A stretch of DNA of 64,000 bases from IMG/VR virus record IMGVR_UViG_3300034073_002120. The stretch is one strand, 5' to 3'. Within the stretch, counting starts at the first letter, position 1. Every line of letters starts with the position of its first letter. The translations under genes were made by a program, and so were the position numbers. Shown here in pieces: positions 16,774-26,348 of this stretch. The DNA is from a virus (taxonomy: Duplodnaviria > Caudoviricetes). The notes under the pieces were generated by a model. That model made no database searches. It saw only the letters and a list, made by a program, of their open reading frames with translations, and was not told the DNA's origin.

Positions 16774-19131
16774 TTAAAATGGTGTTGCGGTTTGTAATTT
16801 ACCACTTGATGAATTTGTTTTAAAAAATTTATTCATCGGGTCTTTACCATCATGCTTAGTAACCCACTTCTCATAACTCATTAAACTAACTGCATTTCCG
16901 TTTTTATAATGAACTTGTTCATAAAGTCCATCATCTTCATACTCTTTATCCATATAATATGCATTTTCATCTATTTTTGTAATATTAGATATTTTAGTTC
17001 CTGATGCTTCATTATTAGCTAAAACACTACATAACCAATCTGGATATCCCTTTCCAACATATTTCTTCTCTGCTTTTTCTTTATCCTCTGCGAATTTAGT
17101 TTGTGAAGATATAGCAATTGCAGTTAATGTTGCAGGGTCACTAGCTTGTTTAGGTGTTTCTGCAGGTTTTCCCGTATCTAATGATTTAGGTGCGGTTGTT
17201 TGTGTTGGTTGAGTTGGTGGTGTAGTTTGTTCTACTCCCTTACTATCAATCTTAACTACTGGTGTAGATGGTGTGGTTGCAGGCGTTGTTGTATTTGATG
17301 TAGTTGCTGTTGCAGGTGTTGTTACTGGGTCTTGACTTACCATTTGTGTAGAACCTGCACGTTTATTATTTATTGCTTTAGTTGCTTCTTTAGAAAGGTT
17401 TTCACCATATAATTTATCTTCATTACCAACCCACTCTACTATTTTAAATTCAAGTTGAACATCTACAATTTTAGGTAACCAGTGATTAGCTGCAGTTTCC
17501 CATGTAATATCATCTGCAATGGTATAACTTAATGAATTGATAAATCCAACTTTATCTTGATAAATGCTACCTAATGTTAATTTTATAAATGGAGCATTTA
17601 CTAATCTATTTGCACTAATTGTTGGGTATGCTTTTTTACTTAACCAATTTATTTTTTTCCACATTATATCTAATTCAGCAACATTCATGCAATAAAATTT
17701 TAAACTAAAATTTGCACTTCGTTCCACTCCACTATATGTGTAATAGTTATATGGATTACCTACAAATTTAGAACCATCCCAAGAAGGTGAAATTGTTTCA
17801 GTAAATCCTGTCATTATTGCTCTAAAAGCAACCCATTCCGATGTTTTATCACTTATACCTTTCATCTGAATTGGTATGAGGTCTCTATTTTTAGTATTAG
17901 GTCCTGCATCAAATATACCATTTACACTATCACCTTTATTAGATGTTAAACCATATTTATTTTCCAACGTTCCAAACGAACGATTAGATGTGTATGTTCT
18001 AGTAGGGTCGTTTGGCATTACTGCACCTGTTGGATTTTTTACATCAAAAAATGCATATTCTGATTTACCAAATACACCCTTTGTTTCTTTTCTATCAATT
18101 CCTTTAATTGGTGATACGAGAGATAAATCAATACGTTCGGTTACATCTTCGGTTCTATATCCATCTAATTTCTCACTATATGTAGATGCAGTTGCAGTTG
18201 TTTTCTTTGTTTTAGATTCAACAACTTTATCAATCTCAGCAGTAGATTCAGTTCCTTTTAAATTCTTTTTTAATAACGCAGTTGCATTCGATGCTGCTTG
18301 ACCTAATTTCTTTTTAGCATCTAATTGAACTTGCGTTATTTTTTTAGTAATATTAGTAGATGCACTTTCTTCAATTCCATTTACCGTCTTACTATTAAAT
18401 TTAACATTACTAATTTGTTTTGAATATGGTAAGGTAGAACTATATTCCCATGTAACACTAGCTTGTGCACCATTAGCACCTAATGAATTAGGATTACCAA
18501 AAAGTGTAGTTCTTAATTTATCTTTAACTAATGATATACCTTGTCCTAATATTTGAGTTCCCAAAGTTTTAGGATTACCACCACCAGTTTGTTTTAGGAA
18601 TTTACCAACTAATGTTCCCTTATTATCATTTTTGATTTTACTAAGGGTAATCATCGTATCTGGTTCTAATCCTTTTTGTAAATCACCAGTATTATATACG
18701 TTTGTTGGTATTAAATTAGGTGGAATACCCAATCTACTATTTACACCATCTCTTGCCTGATTTAATGACGTTACTTTACCACCAAATACAAATTTACCAA
18801 ATTTACCTTCGGTTATTTTTCCTAATCCCTTACCAATCAATCCACCATCTCCAGCAGAACCACCAGTTGCATCTTTCATCTTTTCAACTGATGATGTTGA
18901 ACGTGTTGCAATACGAATTGCTTGATTACCATATATTAAAGGATTATTAAGTTCAACTCCACTACGGAAACGAACACCCTTAAACTCTTGTTCTACCTTA
19001 GATAATTGGTCTGATTTTACACTCTTTTCTTGCGTAGAACCTTTGAATTTATCTTCAACAGGAGTTTGGTCCAATATCTTTGGATTTATATCTTTGTTTG
19101 AACCTTTAAATAATTCTAATATTGTTGGCAT
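16774..19131 (-). CDS. Putative baseplate / tube-initiator protein with T/P-rich linker
   Basis: Central FRA..TGFTETISPSW...GNPYNYYTYSGVER domain; follows the tape measure gene. Confidence 0.55.
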   Translation of the reverse strand: MPTILELFKGSNKDINPKILDQTPVEDKFKGSTQEKSVKSDQLSKVEQEFKGVRFRSGVELNNPLIYGNQAIRIATRSTSSVEKMKDATGGSAGDGGLIGKGLGKITEGKFGKFVFGGKVTSLNQARDGVNSRLGIPPNLIPTNVYNTGDLQKGLEPDTMITLSKIKNDNKGTLVGKFLKQTGGGNPKTLGTQILGQGISLVKDKLRTTLFGNPNSLGANGAQASVTWEYSSTLPYSKQISNVKFNSKTVNGIEESASTNITKKITQVQLDAKKKLGQAASNATALLKKNLKGTESTAEIDKVVESKTKKTTATASTYSEKLDGYRTEDVTERIDLSLVSPIKGIDRKETKGVFGKSEYAFFDVKNPTGAVMPNDPTRTYTSNRSFGTLENKYGLTSNKGDSVNGIFDAGPNTKNRDLIPIQMKGISDKTSEWVAFRAIMTGFTETISPSWDGSKFVGNPYNYYTYSGVERSANFSLKFYCMNVAELDIMWKKINWLSKKAYPTISANRLVNAPFIKLTLGSIYQDKVGFINSLSYTIADDITWETAANHWLPKIVDVQLEFKIVEWVGNEDKLYGENLSKEATKAINNKRAGSTQMVSQDPVTTPATATTSNTTTPATTPSTPVVKIDSKGVEQTTPPTQPTQTTAPKSLDTGKPAETPKQASDPATLTAIAISSQTKFAEDKEKAEKKYVGKGYPDWLCSVLANNEASGTKISNITKIDENAYYMDKEYEDDGLYEQVHYKNGNAVSLMSYEKWVTKHDGKDPMNKFFKTNSSSGKLQTATPF

Positions 19132-19133
19132 AT

Positions 19134-21623
19134 TTACGCTCCTAATAATCCAAATCTATTTTGTGAACTTTTTTCTGATGTTTTTACTACTGCAGATGAA
19201 ACTTTTTCTCTATCCATATATACATCTCTATTTTGAGATACTGCCTGTATCATTTCATCCATTTTATTTACTAATGCAGAAATATCAATTCCACCACCAC
19301 CTCCTACTGCATTTGCTAATCCTTGAGGGTTTTTAGTTGCTATTAAATAATCTTCGGGTGATGTAGAAATTACACTACCATTTTGCATTACACCATCGTT
19401 TACACTTTGGGTAGGAGTTTGACCTGCTGATTCCGGTGCACCTCCACCGAAAATTGAACCAACACTTTGAATGACACTACCAATTCCACCTACAAAATTA
19501 TTTATAGGGTCTATTAAATTTTCATGCATCCATTGACCTAAACTTTCAAATATAGTAAAGAATCCTTCTACATAATCCATTATGGTATTAAACATTGCTA
19601 CAAATGGTTTATACATAAATGATAATATACCATCACCTATTTGTGTTAATCCACCTATAAAATCACCTTTAAATAATTTTACAACTCCACCAATTATATC
19701 AAAAACTCCACTAAGTGCGGCAACAACTGTTTCTATTGCAAGAACTACTGGACCATAAAATAATGATGTAATAAATCCAATTACCTCACCAATCTGTTCA
19801 AATATATCAAATAATCCAGTAGATGGGCCCATCAATTTAGATATTGGTGCGAATGCTTTAGATATATGGTCAAATATACTATTTATGATTGTCATAAATG
19901 GTTTTAAGAATCCAACAATTAATCCACCAACTATTTGCATAATTGGTCCTAATGCTTTCATTATTGTCATTCCAATTGGCATGAAAGACATTAATATATC
20001 ATTTCCAATAGCTGCAAGTTGATTACCTGCATTATCGAATTCTGATTGCATTTCTTTTTGTTTTGCTAATTTTTCAGTTTGTACTGCTAAATCTGCGGAA
20101 TTCATTTTACTTATATCACCACCGGTCTTAAGCACTTCCATTGCAGTTGCCAATTCCTTTTCAGATAATTTACCAAATCGTTCTCTAATTCTTTGTTGAT
20201 TTACCAAATCATCATATGACATACCTGTTGCTTTTGCAAGTGCTTCTTGCTCATAGGTATTTAATTTAGATATATCACCAATTGCTGCAACTTCATCTAA
20301 AACTGCTTGCTGTGATTCCAATATCTTTCCATTGGCTGCTAAATAACGTGCCTGACCTAAATTAATATTAGTTCCTAATAATGCACTTGCTTCTAATTCT
20401 GCAGTAATACTATTTTGAAAATCTAATAACCCATCTGCAACTTTACCAGCTTGACCAATTGATGTTCCTAATTTTGCTGCTTGAACTGCTGCTTTAGCAA
20501 GTGCTTCAGGCGAACCATTAAAGTATTTATATGCATATTCGGAATTTTCCGCCATATCTTTAATAACTTGTTGTGGTGCAACATTAGCAAGTTTTGCCAT
20601 TGATACTGTCTGACCAACTAAGTATTGAGATTGTTCTGCGGATAACCCACCTATATTTTGAAATATTTTATTTAATTTAGCACCTTCTTGAACACCTATA
20701 CCAAAGTTTTTATTCAGAGTCATCATAGATGTCAATACTTCATCTGAAGCCATCTCTATACCACCGAATTCATTAGTGAATGTTGCTGCACTTTTTGAAA
20801 TATCTTCTAATGATGCACCCAATGCAGAAGTTTTACCCAACACACTAACCATTTGTTTATCTAATCCAGCAGTTTGTGAATTTAATAAACCAGTTTCTTC
20901 TCTAAATGCTTTTGCTGCTGAGGCTACTTTGTAAAAAGCAAGAACTCCTACTGCTGCTACTGCTGCTATAGCAATTGCTGCTGCTGTATATGGGTTTGAT
21001 AATAATGGACCTAATGTTTTTGATAATTGACCAAATCCGGCAGTCATACCAGATGAAAATGATTTTATAAACCCTTTTTTTTGTTGTAAATTTCTAGTAA
21101 ACATTACACTAAATCCACGTGTAAAATCATTACCCATTTTAGTAATACCACCTTTTATACTATCGTATGGTATTAAACTATCAAATACTTTACCTAATAC
21201 TGGTATTTCCGAAATAGATGATTTTAATGAATCTATAGCATCATTAATACCTTCGGTTACATTTTCTGCAGATGCTGCTACTTGTTTCACAATATCACGT
21301 CTACGCATTTCTATTTGTAGAGCTTGTTGTGCAAATTTATTTTGTTCTAATAATTCTTGTTTTATATCAGAATTAATTCCCCAATTCTGTTTTAATATAG
21401 TACCTTCTCTATTTTTAAGTTTATTTAACGCACCTTGAATATCACCAGTTTCTTCGGTAGTCTTTAAAATAGCAGTTGTTAAATCAACTTCTTTATTTAA
21501 TGCATCAAAATGTCTTTCAGATTGGAGTGCAATAGTATCCATAGCCTTACCAATTGATTTGGTAAGGTATTCCATTTCTTTTAACTCTTGGTTCTGAATT
21601 GAAAATTCTGGTCTTTTTGCCAT
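19134..21623 (-). CDS. Tape measure protein
   Basis: 829 aa helical, Ala/Gly-rich; IEAE.EAS.LLG.NINL.QAR-type motif; hydrophobic periodic C-terminal half; position after tube and chaperone. Confidence 0.8.
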   Translation of the reverse strand: MAKRPEFSIQNQELKEMEYLTKSIGKAMDTIALQSERHFDALNKEVDLTTAILKTTEETGDIQGALNKLKNREGTILKQNWGINSDIKQELLEQNKFAQQALQIEMRRRDIVKQVAASAENVTEGINDAIDSLKSSISEIPVLGKVFDSLIPYDSIKGGITKMGNDFTRGFSVMFTRNLQQKKGFIKSFSSGMTAGFGQLSKTLGPLLSNPYTAAAIAIAAVAAVGVLAFYKVASAAKAFREETGLLNSQTAGLDKQMVSVLGKTSALGASLEDISKSAATFTNEFGGIEMASDEVLTSMMTLNKNFGIGVQEGAKLNKIFQNIGGLSAEQSQYLVGQTVSMAKLANVAPQQVIKDMAENSEYAYKYFNGSPEALAKAAVQAAKLGTSIGQAGKVADGLLDFQNSITAELEASALLGTNINLGQARYLAANGKILESQQAVLDEVAAIGDISKLNTYEQEALAKATGMSYDDLVNQQRIRERFGKLSEKELATAMEVLKTGGDISKMNSADLAVQTEKLAKQKEMQSEFDNAGNQLAAIGNDILMSFMPIGMTIMKALGPIMQIVGGLIVGFLKPFMTIINSIFDHISKAFAPISKLMGPSTGLFDIFEQIGEVIGFITSLFYGPVVLAIETVVAALSGVFDIIGGVVKLFKGDFIGGLTQIGDGILSFMYKPFVAMFNTIMDYVEGFFTIFESLGQWMHENLIDPINNFVGGIGSVIQSVGSIFGGGAPESAGQTPTQSVNDGVMQNGSVISTSPEDYLIATKNPQGLANAVGGGGGIDISALVNKMDEMIQAVSQNRDVYMDREKVSSAVVKTSEKSSQNRFGLLGA

Positions 21624-21626
21624 TTA

Positions 21627-21869
21627 TTATAAATACCTCTTTAAATATTGCGGAACTTCAACACCTCGTTCTTCTGCTTTTTTTGCAAAATCTCGAATCT
21701 TATCTAACTCAACATCGGCTGATTTTAAAGCACTTAATAAATTAGTATTATTACTTAATTTATTTTTTAATATTTTTTTAAAAATTGTAGCTAAAAATCC
21801 AACTTCTACTAACTTATGTTTTTTTTGAATTTCTTTAAATAATTTTTTACTATTTTCGGTTATTTTCAT
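21627..21869 (-). CDS. Small hypothetical protein (start revised to MKITEN at 21869)
   Basis: GGAGA 5 nt before the ATG; the track start overlaps the TATTTATA motif. Confidence 0.6.
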   Translation of the reverse strand: MKITENSKKLFKEIQKKHKLVEVGFLATIFKKILKNKLSNNTNLLSALKSADVELDKIRDFAKKAEERGVEVPQYLKRYL

Positions 21870-21905
21870 GTATTCTCCAATTATACTACTATAAATATAG
21901 AGCAT

Positions 21906-21933
21906 AAAAAAAGTGAGGAAATTATTTCCTCAC
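21906..21933 (-). terminator. Intrinsic terminator
   Basis: GTGAGGAAAT-a-ATTTCCTCAC followed by a T run on the minus strand. Confidence 0.75.
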
Positions 21934-22119
21934 ATTTATATTTGGTCCTCTTGCTTGAGTTGTAGGTTTTTGTGCTTTTTTATTATTTTCTACTTCTTTC
22001 TTTTTGGCCTCTATTAACTCATTATAATAAAAGTTTCTTAAATGAACTGGTAATCTATATACATCCATTTGTGTAAATCCATTGCCATAATAACATAATT
22101 CAAAAATTTGTTTATGCAA
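21922..22119 (-). CDS. Probable C-terminal extension of the tail assembly chaperone (gp51-like), likely made by frameshift
   Basis: Only a TTG start; frame stays open back through the T7 run of the upstream gene (GFFGLPSNYSVILHKQIF). Confidence 0.7.
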   Translation of the reverse strand: MHKQIFELCYYGNGFTQMDVYRLPVHLRNFYYNELIEAKKKEVENNKKAQKPTTQARGPNINVRK

Positions 22120-22132
22120 GATGACGGAGTAA

Positions 22133-22891
22133 TTACTCGGCAGGCCAAAAAAACCCTACACCCATCGTAATTGGGCGTACCTCCGTTTCTCCCGTTATTG
22201 GGTTTTCATAATCAAATTCCATCTTAACATCAGGAGTTAAATCTTTTAAATATTCTCTAAAAGCCTTAGTATCTCTAGTTAAGAAACGATTGTTGATAAA
22301 ATCTACAATAGTACGAGAATCAGATTTACCATCTACTGATGTAATCATATAACGATAACGAGTAGTCAATTCAGATGAACCTGCATTTTTATTTAGACGT
22401 TGCATTGCTTTAACATCTGCATCAATTGCTTTCTCATCACCATGTGTAAGTATTTTGAATTCAATTTCCGTATTTGTAGTTGGTGTTTTAAACTTATAAC
22501 GATTATCTCTATTTAATTTATTTACATCAACTTCCTTCGTTTGAACTTTTGATAAATCTACTGAAATTTCTTCGGTTTCACCATCATCGGTTGTAAGTTC
22601 AAATTTATATTGTGAACCATATCCTAAAATACGTGTTGCTAACATAATAGCGTTTTTATCACCTAAAATAATATCATCTACATTAATTGATTTATCAACT
22701 ATGATAGATTCAAATAATTTATCTAATACAATACCTTTTTTAATCAAATTTTGTGAAGTAAGGATTTCTTCTTCCTTAGCTGTCATATATTTGATTTCAA
22801 TTGTACCTTTTGATAATGGATTTGATTCTGGATAGCATTTACCTTCCGATGGTAATGTTATAACTTCTGTTGGAAATGTATTTTCACTCAT
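22133..22891 (-). CDS. Tail assembly chaperone / T4 gp26-like baseplate hub assembly protein
   Basis: LPSEG..Y...IKYMTAKEEEILT...GD.NA..LATRI.GYG; lies between tube and tape measure; ends GFFWPAE. Confidence 0.75.
   Translation of the reverse strand: MSENTFPTEVITLPSEGKCYPESNPLSKGTIEIKYMTAKEEEILTSQNLIKKGIVLDKLFESIIVDKSINVDDIILGDKNAIMLATRILGYGSQYKFELTTDDGETEEISVDLSKVQTKEVDVNKLNRDNRYKFKTPTTNTEIEFKILTHGDEKAIDADVKAMQRLNKNAGSSELTTRYRYMITSVDGKSDSRTIVDFINNRFLTRDTKAFREYLKDLTPDVKMEFDYENPITGETEVRPITMGVGFFWPAE
22147..22156 (-). other. Putative programmed frameshift site GGG TTT TTT T
   Basis: Seven Ts; a +1 (or -2) shift joins 22133..22891 to 21922..22119 without a stop. Confidence 0.7.
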
Positions 22892-22947
22892 ATTATTAAC
22901 CTTTATTTTGTTATTTGTATATAAATATATAATTTACAAAAAGTTAT

Positions 22948-22976
22948 AAAAAAAGGAGATATTTCTATCTCCTTTC
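22948..22976 (-). terminator. Intrinsic terminator after tail tube
   Basis: AAAGGAGAT-agaaat-ATCTCCTTT followed by Ts. Confidence 0.8.
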
Positions 22977-22999
22977 TTATTTTTATTCTTAACTTTATA

Positions 23000-23491
23000 T
23001 TAGAATTCTAAGATTGCATAATCATATGCCAACGTTAATGTAATATCAGCAGGGTCTGTTGCATTTGACCAATCTAAATCGTTGAAAGTTGCGTTTAAGA
23101 TAAATGCACCTTTGATTTTCCATTGCTCAATTTTATCACCTACTGGTCCTAACATATAGATGTCAACATCTTTTTTGTAGAAATCGGCATATCCATCACG
23201 ACCTGTTAAAGATTCATGTGATAAACGAACCCACTCCATCACCGCTTGTGCACCAGATGGAACAATTGGGTCAAATAAAGTGATTTCAATATCTTGCCAA
23301 GTCCCTTTTCCTTTTAACTTTCTTTTTACGTTAATATGGTTTAATTCAACTGCTTCGAATTGAATTGAAGGTCTATTTGCTGTTTTGATAAGATATGAAG
23401 GAATACCATCGATTTCCATGATGAAACGATGTTTCATCTTTGGTTCGAAATTGGTGTAGAACATCTCGTTAAATTCTAATACTTCTGCCAT
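23000..23491 (-). CDS. Tail tube protein (gp19-like)
   Basis: EPKMKHRFIMEIDGIP...W.DIEITLFDPIVPSGAQAVMEW...LTLAYDYA; follows the sheath. Confidence 0.9.
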   Translation of the reverse strand: MAEVLEFNEMFYTNFEPKMKHRFIMEIDGIPSYLIKTANRPSIQFEAVELNHINVKRKLKGKGTWQDIEITLFDPIVPSGAQAVMEWVRLSHESLTGRDGYADFYKKDVDIYMLGPVGDKIEQWKIKGAFILNATFNDLDWSNATDPADITLTLAYDYAILEF

Positions 23492-23547
23492 TTTTATTTT
23501 TCTCCTATTATACTAATAAATATAATGTTTCTCTTTTTTTTAATTTT

Positions 23548-25914
23548 TTACGCTGAGAATGATGCTCCTGTTGGTAAGATGTTGAAATCTAATACGATAA
23601 ATTCAGCTGTTTTAGTAGGTTGTAAGAAAATTTGACCTGCTAAGATGTTTCTATCGATTACATCAGGAGTGTTGTTTGATTCATCCATCACTACTCTAAA
23701 TGCATATAAACCTTGTCTTTGTTGGATTCCCTCCAAATATGGATTTACAGTATTTAAGAATCTTGAACGTGTTGTTGCTGTATTTTGTTCGAACACTAAG
23801 TATCTTGATGTAGAAGCGATATACTTCTTAACTTTGATAAGTAATCTTCTTACGTTAATTCTATCTAATGCAGATGATTTTTCTTGTAAGGTTTTCTGTC
23901 CGAATGCCACAATACCCTCACCAGGGAAAGAAGCGATTGGATTTACTTTACCTTCATATAATTCATCTCTTTCAGAATGTGTTAATCTATTCAATACTGA
24001 AACTGCTCCAACGATTCCACCTCTATTCAAACCTGCTGGTGCGAACCATTCTGCTGCAACTGCATCGTTTGCTGCGTATATACCTGGCATCAATACTGAT
24101 GGTGGTACTGCAGTTAATTTATTGGTGTTTCTATCGATTGTTTTAACCCACGGGTAGTAAGTACCAACATAGTTAGAATCAACGTTTCCTGCCTGCTCTA
24201 CTGCCTGAGAAATAGTATCGTTTACTGATGTTACATCACCGATGAAGAATACATCTTCTCTATTCTCACACATTTCAGAAATATAATCGAATACATAAGA
24301 GTGTAATCTACGAACTACACCAGGTGCTGCGATTAAGTTAATATCGAAATCATCTGGATTAGAAATAGCATCGATTGCTTTTTTGTATGCAACTGAACCA
24401 CTTGCGATTGAAGTAGCTAAATCAAATCCTTGTGAGTTTCCTTCACTTAAATCAGTTCCTTTGTCAATTGTTCTTGTTGGAGTTACACCATCAAATCCAC
24501 CTTGAAAACCTACTATAAATTGTCTTTTAGCGATATCAGTTGAGCTTGAACCAGTCAATTCATATCCTAAGTTAATTGTAGATACTGAACCACTTACTAT
24601 TGCAGTTACTGCTGCATCAAATGCGAAGATACTATCTGCAGATGCGTTAGCAGGAATTGGTTTTAAGTATTGGTTGTTGTTTATCTTAATTGTTGTAGAT
24701 TCTAAATCAATACCAGAAAACTTAGTTGTAGATGAAGAAGTATTTACTGCAGAACCAGTTGAATAAATCACTGCAGGGATATTTGAACCTTCAATTGGTG
24801 TATCATATCCAGCGTGACCAAATGGACCAGCGATGATTGGGAATGAACCTTCTTCTTTTACTTCTACTCTAATGAACTTAGAACGATTTGCATAATCACC
24901 AGTTTCGTTTTGTTTACCATTTGCATCTATTGTTACATCTCTATCACCAATTACTTTAGCGATATAGTTTGGAGATGCCGGGTCTAAGTTTACATTATTA
25001 TATGTTTCTAATACCGTCTTCTTCTTATCAGTATCTGCAAAACCACGAACTGTCACAGTAAATGTAGCGTAATCAGTTGCTGCAGATTCACCTGCTGCTT
25101 TTACGTTTGAAATACCGATTTTGTATTCAGTATTGTATGGGTTACCATCACCTAATGTGTGGAAACGGAATAAATCATGTCTTTCACCACTAATCAATTG
25201 AGATTTGATGAATGGAGTAGATGCATACGATGGGCCATCAGTAGCAGAGAATTCTTGTGTATTCAATTGAACTAATGATAAAGATGCAGAACCTGCACTT
25301 AAATAAGCCGCTAAATCCGTTGCTGTTTTCTCAAAGTATGTGTAAGTGTATGCTTTTTTAGTTCCGAATGGTGATTCACCAAATACATCACTAATATCAT
25401 TACCATCTGCAGGTGCAATAGAAACCGAACCACTATATGCGATTGATGAACCACTAATAGTGAATAATGAATCTGTACCACTTCCTTCGGTGAATACTAA
25501 TGATGCCGTTGCAAATCCAATATCGATTGAACCAGATTTTGTAGCATGTAAAGTAGCAATTAAGTGTGAACTACCACTAGCGTATATTCCAGATGCTGAA
25601 CCTGATATTAAAGTTGCTTTAATACCAATCGGTGCAACTTGAGAATATCCACCAACGTGTCCAACACGAACAATAGTCACTGTCCCTGCTTCTCTTAAAT
25701 AATTTTGAACTGCATATCCTGTATAGTATGTTCCATCAGGTGTGCCGAATATTTCCTCAAATTCTGATTGTGTATTAACCACAGTTGGTAAGAACGCCGG
25801 TCCTTTAGCAAAAGGTCCTACTATTGCTGCTCCTATTTCTCCAATTCCCTGTGCTAAGAATGAAAGGTCATTTTCTCTTGTGAATACACCAGGTGATACA
25901 ATCTTTTCTGCCAT
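23548..25914 (-). CDS. Tail sheath protein (gp18-like)
   Basis: SPGVFTRENDLS, WFAPAGLNRG, ALDRINVRRLLI, IFLQPTKTAEFIVLDF. Confidence 0.95.
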   Translation of the reverse strand: MAEKIVSPGVFTRENDLSFLAQGIGEIGAAIVGPFAKGPAFLPTVVNTQSEFEEIFGTPDGTYYTGYAVQNYLREAGTVTIVRVGHVGGYSQVAPIGIKATLISGSASGIYASGSSHLIATLHATKSGSIDIGFATASLVFTEGSGTDSLFTISGSSIAYSGSVSIAPADGNDISDVFGESPFGTKKAYTYTYFEKTATDLAAYLSAGSASLSLVQLNTQEFSATDGPSYASTPFIKSQLISGERHDLFRFHTLGDGNPYNTEYKIGISNVKAAGESAATDYATFTVTVRGFADTDKKKTVLETYNNVNLDPASPNYIAKVIGDRDVTIDANGKQNETGDYANRSKFIRVEVKEEGSFPIIAGPFGHAGYDTPIEGSNIPAVIYSTGSAVNTSSSTTKFSGIDLESTTIKINNNQYLKPIPANASADSIFAFDAAVTAIVSGSVSTINLGYELTGSSSTDIAKRQFIVGFQGGFDGVTPTRTIDKGTDLSEGNSQGFDLATSIASGSVAYKKAIDAISNPDDFDINLIAAPGVVRRLHSYVFDYISEMCENREDVFFIGDVTSVNDTISQAVEQAGNVDSNYVGTYYPWVKTIDRNTNKLTAVPPSVLMPGIYAANDAVAAEWFAPAGLNRGGIVGAVSVLNRLTHSERDELYEGKVNPIASFPGEGIVAFGQKTLQEKSSALDRINVRRLLIKVKKYIASTSRYLVFEQNTATTRSRFLNTVNPYLEGIQQRQGLYAFRVVMDESNNTPDVIDRNILAGQIFLQPTKTAEFIVLDFNILPTGASFSA

Positions 25915-26009
25915 TTTATTTACTCCTAATTAAAGTTTTGTAATGATACACATATAAGTATAAATTACTTTTTGTAAAGTGTTATTTTTTAATACGCGTA
26001 ACTATGATA

Positions 26010-26279
26010 TTATTTTTGAATTGGGGTGAATATTCCAGTATTTGGGTCATAATCACCATCTCCATATTTTTCGTTTAACCCTTTGAATAGGGAATCTTCT
26101 TTTGCAACTAATTCAGTATATTTGTTTAATAAGTCAGTTTCGTTTTGTTCTAACTCTTCTAAACGTTTCTTTTTTTCAATCTGAATTTGTCCTAATTGAG
26201 TGAAAACTGAACCAACTTCAAATCTTAAATTGTTGATTTCTTTGATTTCCTCTTCCGTAAACTTAATTTGTTCTTCCAT
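26010..26279 (-). CDS. Small coiled-coil protein (fibre chaperone-like)
   Basis: 89 aa helical; KYGDGDYDPNTGIFTP end. Confidence 0.65.
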   Translation of the reverse strand: MEEQIKFTEEEIKEINNLRFEVGSVFTQLGQIQIEKKKRLEELEQNETDLLNKYTELVAKEDSLFKGLNEKYGDGDYDPNTGIFTPIQK

Positions 26280-26348
26280 TTTGATATATTATTTTGATTT
26301 TAATAATTGTATATATAAATATATCAAAAGTTCGGAAACGTAATTTTA

